Made by a program: the position numbers and the translations under genes. The notes beneath the pieces were generated by a model. That model searched no databases. It saw only the letters and a list, made by a program, of their open reading frames with translations, and was not told the DNA's origin. DNA of 64,000 nucleotides from contig NW_026515693.1 of the NCBI RefSeq assembly GCF_025526975.1, forward strand, positions 124,001 to 188,000. Direction: 5' to 3'. Source of the DNA: Fimicolochytrium jonesii. Its lineage: Eukaryota. Below are positions 1 through 9,230 of the stretch, in pieces. The stretch's first letter is position 1. Every line of letters begins with the position of its first letter.

Positions 1-1
1 T

Positions 2-740
2 ATTGTCGTCACGGGGCCGCTACCCGCAGTATCGACAGCGCTGCCCCCGGTTGTAGGAGGAGCGAAACGGAAGAGCACAGCAGGAAAGAAGGCGGCTGCG
101 GTCAAGGGGAAGAAGTTGAAAGGGAAAGATGTGGGGAAAGGGAAGAAGAAGACAGTAGTTGATGACAATGACGAGTTTGCTGCGGATCTGCCCGATGCGG
201 GTGAGGACGAGCCGCGAGAGTTGCGCTGGGTTACTAAGGAGGAGATGCTGGGGACGCAAGGCACGCGCACCGCGAAGAATGCCGCTACGGTTCCTGTTCC
301 AGCAACTTTGAAACGCGCGTTTGGTCTGCTGAGTGCGGAAGGATCAGGCGCCGTCCCAAAAACACGCAAGCGGGCGGCCGCTGACCCTGGCGCTGCGAAA
401 GTGTCGGGATCCGCTGGTGGAGGGCGTGCAGCGAAGAAGATCAAGCGGCGGCGGCCTGGGGATGAGTCTGAAACGGAAGAGAGCAGTGCGAGTGATACTG
501 GCGAGGACGATAGTAGGGAGGAAGTTGAAGAGGTAAACAGCCTTCCACAACTGCTACCCAAATGCTCACTGCTCATCCCATCCACAGAAGGCCTTGCCAC
601 CCGCAAGGGAAGGAATCCGCCGCAGTACTCGCATCTCGACTTCCAAGGTATCTGTGTCTACGACAACGACGCCATCGTCTGGCAGACAGAAGCAGATGCA
701 GCAGACGTCAGTCGCGTCGTATTTCACCCGGACGGCGTAA
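2..740 (+). CDS. 3' part of probable MUTYH/MutY-like adenine glycosylase (5'-truncated by window; intron 533-587)
   Basis: The frame is open from nt 2. 'LRWVTKEEMLG...VPVPATLKRAFGLL' resembles the end of the MutY NUDIX-like domain. Splicing GTAAAC..CCACAG (533-587) gives the C-terminus ...QKQMQQTSVASYFTRTA*, with a PIP box like that of MUTYH. Confidence 0.6.
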
Positions 741-987
741 CAATGAGTGTAGCCAAGAGTCGATATGAATTTAATGTTTGCTATGTAAGCAAACTGCAGT
801 GGACCTGTCAGTCGCTCCCAAGGCGAGCGGCAGGCATCACGCGTCAGGACATATTATAATCGATCCTGTTGTGGAGACGATGGTATTACAAGTTTGAATT
901 ATAGCTTCCCCTCGCGGTGGATGCCGTGCGGTGAAAGCCCCGTGTGTAATCTAGAATCTACTCCTATATAGACAGACTTCTGGCAAG

Positions 988-2411
988 CTAAAGGTCTGCA
1001 GCAAGCCTTGCGATCTCGCCCTCCTCGTCAGTCGCTACCACTATCGCTCTCAACCTACTGCCTTCCTCGCCTATTTCAACCACCTTGTCCTGATCAACGA
1101 CACACTTCTCATTCTGCGCCTCGTCAATCCGCAAGCCTAGACACTCGAGCCCATGGCATATCTGTGAGCGTACGTACGCGCTCTTTTCCCCAATTCCGCC
1201 CGTGAATACGAGGCTGTCAGCGCCGCCGCACGCGACGAAGTATGCTCCGATGTACTTTTGCACGCGATACTAGAGAGTAGGGGGAGATGATTTTAACCAG
1301 GAGTGCCATCGAAACAGATGATGAAAGACTGATTACTTACGCAAAACATATCCACGGCAAGTTGTGCCCTCCGCTTCGCTTCTTCATCACCATCATCCTT
1401 CGAAAGCACCTTCCCTTGAGCCAGACTCACGATCTTGCCCATGTCACTCTCCCCACATATCCCAATCAAACCCGATTTGTGATTTAAAACGTCCTCCACT
1501 TTCGTGATCTTGGGTCCGTCTGGCGCAGCCGGGACAGCAGGTGTTTTCTCCGTGACGGAGAACGCGTCAGAGGAGACATGGTATGGCGCGCTGGGGTCAA
1601 TGTCGCCGCTTCGTGTACCCATCATTAGCCCTTCCAATGGCGTGAAGCCCATGGAGGTGTCGATGCTCTTGCCGTGTTTGATGGCGCATGCGCTAGCGCC
1701 GTTGCCGAGATGTAGGATGATGAGCTTCAGTTGCTCGAGTGGCTTGCCAAGATGTTTGGCTGCGGCGCGGGAGACGTAGGAGTAGGATATGCCGTGGAAC
1801 CCGTATTTCCGCAGACCACTCTCGTTGCATGCATCATACGGCAGCGGGTACCTCCACACCTTCTCCTCCAACGTTTTGTGGAACTGTGTATCAAAAACCG
1901 CCACCTGCTTCGCGGCTTTCAGATCCGCCACATTCAGGGCGGTCCTGATAAGCATTACACTAGGATGATTGTGGAGCGGCGCAAGATCCGAAAGCTCATC
2001 CAGCGCCGATACCGTCTCGTGCGTCAGAACCACCGGATCGCTGAACTTGGCACCACCGTGTACGACTCGATGCCCGACAACTTTTACGTGGTCGAGCAAA
2101 CCCGAGGTTTTGGCGAGAGATTGGATGATTTTGCGAAAGACTGAATCATGGGTGGTACCCTCGTCGGCGGAGATTGTGTTTTCGTGAGTATCGGCCTTCC
2201 TTTCTGCCTTGGCGTCTTCCTGCACCTCGATTTTGACGGTTGACTTCGAGGAACCTATTTTCGCTCCTGACCCTTTCGCCAGGAGCTTCCGGTCGGAACC
2301 GGTCTGTTCATAGAGCCGGAACTTCACCGTCGAGCTATTCAGCGCCAGAAAAAAGGGGGTTGAGTTGAATGAACCGGGAAGCAACTCCACGATGACCAAA
2401 TGCGATCGCAT
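988..2411 (-). CDS. ackA: Acetate kinase (ASKHA family), one intron 1270-1340
   Basis: Motifs GHRVVHGG, LAPLHN, VFDTQFH, RKYGFHG, HLGNGAS, TSMGFTPLEGLMMGTRSGDID, FTGGIGE and TDEE are present. The splice gives DMFC|YRVQKYIGAY. Confidence 0.95.
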
Positions 2412-2878
2412 AGCTCACCTTCCGGCGTTCACCACCAAAATGCGGAACGTGCCGTCGTGCGCGACCATCTTGGAACGATGAACAAACAGACAGGTGTTAG
2501 ATATTGATCAATAACGAATATCTCGTGCAGGGTGCGCCAGAACTTGGACACTCTGTAAAGTGTTGCTAGCGATTTCTGAGAATATAAAGGTTCATCGGGG
2601 GCCCCAAGTCGAAGCTGTCGAAGTGTGATGAATCTGGAGCGTGACATCATCTGCACGACCAGCGTCGCGACGGTCCGGGACAAAAACTATATATGCCAAA
2701 GAAAAAGCGGAGAATTTTCCGCTGCACCATTTGGTGAGGAAATCGCCATCCCCAGCGTATATATATAGAATCAGCAGTGGCTTGATATTGGACGCTACCT
2801 TCATCTGTCTCGCCTCGTCAACGTCAATCTAGGAGAGAATCGGTTCGCACGAAAGAGAAACTCTTGTCCGTCGCAGCA

Positions 2879-3583
2879 ATGAGCGCTCTACTGAATATAT
2901 TGAGAGTGGGACGAAGGGCAGCACCCTCTCAGACTTCCGCCGCATCTGCTTTGAAGCCGTATCCTCGCATAAGCTCGGCGCAGCTCATGCTTCCTGGTTC
3001 AGCGCTCAACAAGCTTCCTCGTCAAACGTTGTTCCGCTTTTCCGGAAGTCGGAAATTGCACTGCTCATGTACTCACCGGCACGAGGAGCCCACATCGCAA
3101 AACTCAAAGGGTCAGATAGTAGCACAAAATGAGATGCCAGGCGACTTTCCAGTCCCAGAGCCGCAAACTCTTGGGAAGCTGCAGCAAGCTCGAATGATAA
3201 TCGGTTTCACCTGCAAAGTCTGCGACCACCGCCAGCATAAATACATGTCCAAAAAGGCATACACCGAGGGCGTCGTTATCATCCGCTGCGATGGGTGCGA
3301 CAAGCTGCATCTCATGGCCGACCATCTGGGTTGGTTCGACTCGCAGAACCCGCCAGGCACAATCGAGGACATTTTGGCCAGGAAAGGCCAGTCTGTCACA
3401 AAAGGCAGTGTGCTGGCCACGGGCAATCCTTCAGAGTCGCCTGAGGAGCTGGCGAAGAGATATGAGAGGAAACACGAGAGGGAGGTCGGCGATGTGAGCG
3501 AGCTTGTGGCCCAGAGAAACGGGGCTGCAACTGTGGGTGGTGCGGATATTGGGATGATGGAGTTTGTGGCCAAGGAAAAGTAG
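2879..3583 (+). CDS. ZIM17: Mitochondrial Hsp70 escort protein, DNL zinc finger (Zim17/Tim15/Hep1)
   Basis: FTCKVC...SKKAYTEGVVIIRCDGCDKLHLMADHLGWF, with an Arg/Ser-rich presequence-like N-terminus. Confidence 0.92.
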   Translation: MSALLNILRVGRRAAPSQTSAASALKPYPRISSAQLMLPGSALNKLPRQTLFRFSGSRKLHCSCTHRHEEPTSQNSKGQIVAQNEMPGDFPVPEPQTLGKLQQARMIIGFTCKVCDHRQHKYMSKKAYTEGVVIIRCDGCDKLHLMADHLGWFDSQNPPGTIEDILARKGQSVTKGSVLATGNPSESPEELAKRYERKHEREVGDVSELVAQRNGAATVGGADIGMMEFVAKEK

Positions 3584-4261
3584 ATCCATACCCGGTCGGA
3601 GCACCCGGAGAGATGGGGAAGTTAGGATTGCCATCGAAATAGGGGTTGGGGCTTCTCGATCCCAGCAATGCTGTTGTTCGGAACGGAGGTTGGATAGACG
3701 AACTGGAAGGTGGTATAGCGCACCATTCCAAGGTTGAAGAAACCACACATCGAACGTTTGAGCCGACTCTTTGGCTTGCAACATAGGAGCAAGAGACGGA
3801 GAAGGGGCCAGAAGAAGGAGCCCTCGGATGAAAAGCTTGCACCGATGTGCAGGATACGGCCTGAGGCTAGAGGATGGAGGTCTTGGATCGCACTGTCTGC
3901 TATCATCGATACGGCTCAAGCGGCTCTCAACTGACGACGCCCTCGATGCGGGATTCGCCATACCTCGAAGGTAGCCATTCTTCGCCACCTGTGGAACGGA
4001 ATCTACTCGGTCGGAAGCCAGGAAGTAGAGGTTCGAACTCTGGAACGAACCTTCTCGACGTCGGCCGAGCTAGAATGGACGTGGCGGGGACAGAATGTGG
4101 AAGAAGCTCTAGCAGCCGTATATAGACCTTTGACGGCGAATGCAAGCAACAGACGGCTCTCTTATCAATCAATATCCACATATAGAGCCACTCTCTGCTC
4201 GTAAATTACACATATCCTTTGCACAATGGTGGCTGTGAGAGCCCTCTTCCCATCCGTGAAT

Positions 4262-4710
4262 TCCAGAGGTCTTTTGGGTAAGATCCTCACACCATTCACT
4301 AACCTTCGGCTAAGATCTTTGCCTGTCAACCATTGGTAATATCTTCGTATCACTGTCTAAATCTGCCCTCAACAAGAGAATTCGCTGGGGCCTTCCCACT
4401 AAGGTCCGATGACGAAACTCGAACTTCTTCCGTCCGTCTCGCTAAGATCCTTGTATGGAGAAGTCCTCTCAGGCCCATTGGCTAACATCTTCACATGTGA
4501 AACGCATCCTGTCAGGCCTATTCTAAAATAATCCTTCAGGTCTTTTGGCTAAGATCTTAGCATTCGAAACGTTCCTCTCGGCCTTGCGCTAAGATCTTCG
4601 CACGCGAAAACGAATCCTCCCTGGGCTTCTGGCTAAGCTGTTGCATACGAACCGAATCCTCCTAGGCCTTTTGGCTAAGATCCTGCATCGGAACCGGAAT
4701 CCTCTCAGGC
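4262..4710. repeat. Degenerate tandem array, ~11 units of mostly 40-44 bp, consensus ~GAATCCTCTCAGGCCTTTTGGCTAAGATCTTGCATNCGAAAC
   Basis: TAAGATC-like cores start at 4279, 4311, 4337, 4400, 4443, 4483, 4524, 4550, 4590, 4634 and 4676. A partial unit runs to ~4710. Confidence 0.85.
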
Positions 4711-5383
4711 TGGCATGAAAGGAGATCGCTGTAGTCCGCCATTGTAACACAGGATCGCAGCTCCGGCTCCGACAGCTACCGGAGGGCTTTTCGACAACTT
4801 TTGACGGTTTGACAGTTTCAGCCAACTCGTTTCAAGTTGGACGCAATCATGATAGTAGAACTCCTCTTGGCTCTTCCTGGCCTTTTCGCAGCCACTCGCC
4901 AGAGTCCGCCGATGGACAGGGTACGAAGCTCCGAGGACTACATAAGTAGCTCGTAGTTGTGGACTCTCAGAACAAATCAAGAGCTGAACAGTCGCTGATG
5001 CACAAACGGTGCTCCAACAGTTAAGAGTGCCAGCTGACACCCACTTTCGCACCGGGTACATAGAGGGGCAGCATCTTGACGCGTTTTCGAACGGCATCAT
5101 ACCTCACGATTTACCTCCCAGGTGTGAGAGCTAAATCTGCAGGCGCGAAACTGCTACGCGCAGCCGCCGCCGTAATGCATTGCGTGGAACGACTGGGCAA
5201 CCAAACCTGACAGAATTGGCAGGTTGTTACGAGGACATTTCGGGAAGGGCTCGCGAGGTATTGAACAAACAGGAGAACAAGATGGAAACAAGATAGTGCG
5301 ATAGGAATCATTGTTTATGGTCATGAAAGGGTATGTATTGTATCGCAACAGTGTATTCTGGTCTATAGAGATTGTATTGGCGC

Positions 5384-5820
5384 TTAGCACTGGTAGCTCG
5401 TCCGGTGCAAGACTCGGAAGCTCGTGAGTTCATCGTTGGCGCTCATCAGGCTTTTGTTCCACTCTTTACTCGCGTCGGCACTTTGCATAAGGATTTGAAT
5501 GAATGAGCATTAATTATTAGCGAGGAAGCGAGCAATGATCTGAATTACCGGCCAATGTCAACATCGCAGTTTGCATTCTTGTAGAGGACCAGTTCGGCGG
5601 CCGATGCGCGGCCTTCGCCATAGCAGGGAGTCCAGTGGAAGGACGAGGCGGCATCGTTCGGGTGCACAGCATAGCATCCCGTGTCCCCACCGGAACCAGT
5701 GTTGCCACTGTAGTCGCCCATGATGTTGATGTAATTCTTGTCCTTGTACAATCTCAGTCGCCAGGCGGAGACAGAGTTGGCGGCCAGGAGGACGGCGACG
5801 GCGGTTGCGAAAAGCTTCAT
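5384..5820 (-). CDS. Small secreted beta/gamma-crystallin-like protein (~122 aa; intron 5481-5548)
   Basis: Signal peptide MKLFATAVAVLLAANSVSA. After splicing there are two Greek-key-like units, LYKDKNY..PNDAASSF and LYKNANC..ANDELTSFRV. The intron reads GTAATT..GCTAAT..AAG. Confidence 0.75.
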
Positions 5821-5899
5821 GTTGGTGCGGATACTAGTATGGATGTCCGAGACTCAGCTTGAACACTAATGCATATTCACACGGGGCCTCTCTTCCAGT

Positions 5900-7334
5900 G
5901 GTCTTCGAATCTGCTTACCTGGTGGCAGCTGGAATAAACGGGAATGGGAAGCTGAATGTGTGGAGCGACAGGAAGAGAGGAAGCTTGGGGTTTCTTTTAT
6001 AGGCGAGGGCCGCTGGCAGGTGGGATCCACATTCAAGATGTTCTTTTTGCTGATGCCAAACTCGGAAGAGATCACAGATCCCAAGGCCATACTTGTTCAA
6101 CGTGGCTTCGAGCCCATGGTTGGCGTCAAGGATCTCCAAATAAAAAATAAAAGTGTTGACCATTGAGAAAATTAAATATTCTTGAAACCCCAAATCCCAG
6201 TGGGCAACCTTTTTGCGATCTCCGGTACGACGGAGACATTTGGAAGTCAACCTCAGCTTCAAAGTCCCCACACCCGGCGGCCTCGGCCTACCGTTGGTCC
6301 GTTGGTCGGACTCGGAAGCTCGTTGGGCTGCATTCGCCGGGACTATTGAGCGATACCACTCTGTGTCCACCGCTTTACAGTCCCTGTTCTCTTATCGTTT
6401 TGTTGTAGGCTAGTTAAGCATGAACGCGCCTCCGACTGGTCATCAGACCCCTGCGAAGCCTCCAGATGTGCACCGATGAAGCTGTTCGCCGGCGTTGGGA
6501 CGAAAAAGATGCCTGGTGCCTCACGACGCGACGACGAATGTTACAGTACGCGTCTGGCTCCTCGCCAGTCGCCATGCATCGCCCGTGTGTGGTTGGAATC
6601 TCAAGATCAAGTTCCTGAGGACCTGATGCTCTCAACGGGGGATCCAATGCGACGAGGCGCCAACCTCATGAGGAACAGTACACCGTACACCGTCTGGTAC
6701 AGTACTTGATGTATCCTCCGACCCAGACTGCCACACTCCGAGACTTCGACATCGCTAGCAACCCAAGGTCAAAATCCGCTTGAAAACATATCCAATGATA
6801 CATATGAAGGCCCATATCCATATGCACAATCAAAGCGACACTACGTTGAGATGTAATTGCAAAAGTTGATGTGGGGTGAGCCTTCCGCACCGATTGGCCA
6901 TGATGTCGGCGTAGCCTCTGCGAAAGTGGATCAAGACAAGTCGACTACTTACATAGTTAGTTAGTGTCTGTTCCACCCGTGTGCGGACCCCAGCATTATT
7001 TCCGTTAACCTTAGTGCCGAGGGCAATGGGTTAGATGACCGGTATTCAGGTTGCGACACGTTTATAACCGTTAGTATAGAGCGGTCTGCGATGATCTGTC
7101 GTTCGGTGATCTCTCCATGTCCATAGCTTATTGCATATCCTGTAAGAAACCATGGAAGGGACCTCACGTTTCCTTCTTCGCGAAACCCATCGATTAAATA
7201 TGCACAACGAGAGAATGAGAAGAGGGTTGCCACAACCGGGATGCCGTCCGCGAGAGAAAGGGGATCCCCAAAAACAGGGTGGACCGGAGAGCACCGCCCC
7301 TGCAGCGAAATCGGCGCATTTCCCGTATGACTAG
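5900..7334 (+). pseudogene. Possible decayed coding sequence of unknown identity
   Basis: Protein-like stretches occur in shifting frames, interrupted by stops (e.g. ...NDTYEGPYPYAQSKRHYVEM*LQKLMWGEPSAP...). No family was recognised. Confidence 0.2.
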
Positions 7335-7484
7335 TCTATGCTATGGTGTGCTATGTAATGTGGATCCGAACCCCTCTGCCATGTGATGACCTATCTATAA
7401 GGGTGATGCGGGTGGTGGTATGCAGATGCAAAGGAAAACGCCGATTATGTCCCTCTTTCCTGTTCCCTCCAAATGCTCAGTTCC

Positions 7485-8813
7485 TCATGACGATGGGTTA
7501 ACGGGCGTGACGATAGGCTCGTTTGCAAAGCCCGGCTGTTTCGAAAGTACCATTTTCAGGAACTCGTACTGTTGAGAAACGAAGAGGTTAGTTAAAGCAT
7601 GGATTGCCATCGGCAGTAGGTTTCTCCAGTGCGTCAAATATGAGAACTCACGGTGGTCCAACAAATCGCCGTTGCTGGCATGTGCGAAAGCATCCTTGCT
7701 TTTGCACCCATCGTGAATCCAGCCAATCCATTCCTCGTATATATCAGCTTGAAGGCGTCGATCATGCCCGACGCCTGCCGCACTTTCGTATCCGACGCAG
7801 CACCTCTCGTTTGCAGCAACGTTTTTGCTACGTCCAAAGGATTCGTGATCGCAGCGGCGGCAGCGCCCGCGATCGCCCCTGATGCAATGTGCGTCTTTGG
7901 GTCATACCCTCCCTTCGGGTTCAGAATTTTGCGGAAGTACTCGTATGTCGAGAAATGTACCGCTTGGAAGGGCACAGTCATCATCAGAGTCGTCGGATAG
8001 GATATGTAGAACGCTGCGAGACCCTCCTTCCGCATGATATCCAGCCCGCATTCCACTACCCCCCGGTACGTCGAACCATGAACCTGCATCCGCTGCTTGA
8101 TGACTGGATAGTGCAAAAAGAGTTAGATGTTTGCAAATTTACATCCAATCGCCCTCCGTCTACGCACCATCGAATGGGTTCATCAACCCATCGCTTACTA
8201 TCGTTGCGCATGCACCTGCTCCAGCTACAGACAGAGATCATGTCAGCAAACCGACTCCCAACGCGAAACAAAGCACGACAGCAAGCATACCGTGAGCAAG
8301 GTGGTTGTGAATATTGTCTTTCGATGAGAAGACTTCCTTGCACTTCTCATATGTTGCGAAGTACAGTGCGTGGGCAGGACCAGCTCCCACAATCACCGAG
8401 GTAACTCCCCGCCATAAGGTGGATGCGCCTTCAGCAGTCGAGATACGCGATAATGCGTTCGCAACACCTGTGTAGATCGCTTGCGGCGAGGGGGATAGCA
8501 CTTGCATACGTGTCTGAGAGTTTCAATTGAGTTAGGGAGAATCAGACCAAAGTTAACTGATGGTCATGGGGAAATCCCACTAAATCTCCCCATGTTCCGT
8601 AACATTTCTCCAGAATCCCCCGCACTCTGTCCCAGCCTCTGCTCTCCGCCGCCTCCTCTATTCCGCTTCCATTCTGTAGTTCCGACATTCTACCTTCACA
8701 CTATCCAGAGGGTACATGACCGTGTGCTCTGTAATCCCCGCCAGGGCACCGGCGAGCATGTTGGTCGCCACCGAAGTGGTGGGTAATACTTCGTAGTCCA
8801 CTTCCTCCTCCAT
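7485..8813 (-). CDS. MRS3: Mitochondrial carrier, mitoferrin (Mrs3/Mrs4-like iron transporter), multi-exon
   Basis: [72 protein letters not shown] and [12 protein letters not shown]. Confidence 0.92.
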
Positions 8814-9230
8814 TATATAATCGTTCCTAGCGGTTGCGAGTGTGTATTGTGGGTCAAGCGGCTTTGAACCACAGTAGTCGGTTTTACCAGGCAAGTCGGT
8901 TGCTAGCAAAAATGGCGGCGGAAGATCACAGTGCCCGCCTCCCTTAATCAAAAGCTTTTCACATTTCACAACCGTCTAATCACGAATGTTCAGCTGCGCG
9001 TCCATCTCCGCGCTCGGTTTGCTGGGGGTTTGTTCTTGCCGAATGCACCGGAAGCCAACTTCCAATACAATTCGAACTCCCTCGTGCGTCCCGACTGGAC
9101 ATTACGTACGCAATCCTGTCAATCGGCACTTTTCACACCGCACTGCAACTCCCATCATCTTGAAGTGCGCATCTGCGGCGGCCACACACATCGTTACTTA
9201 CGAAGCGAGCGTCCACCTCATCTTTTTTGC

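Noticed and set aside
533..859. C-terminus of ORF 116..859 as given (…CVYDNDAIVWQ…)
   Set aside because: This is probably intron read-through. The spliced frame ending at 740 gives a coherent PIP-box terminus.
988..2411. Bacterial contamination suggested by ackA/clpP/rpsB-like genes
   Set aside because: ackA and CLPP have spliceosomal introns, CLPP and uS2m have mitochondrial presequence-like N-termini, and all sit among eukaryote-specific genes.
4262..4710. CRISPR array
   Set aside because: The units are degenerate along their whole length with no unique spacers, there are no cas genes, and the context is eukaryotic.
4650..4850. Functional U2 snRNA gene
   Set aside because: No GTGTAGTA branch-recognition sequence, stem II or Sm site follows the matching segment.
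8565..8594. Iron-responsive element in mitoferrin gene (loop TAGTGG)
   Set aside because: It is intronic and lacks the CAGUGN loop and bulged C, and IRP/IRE control is not established in fungi.
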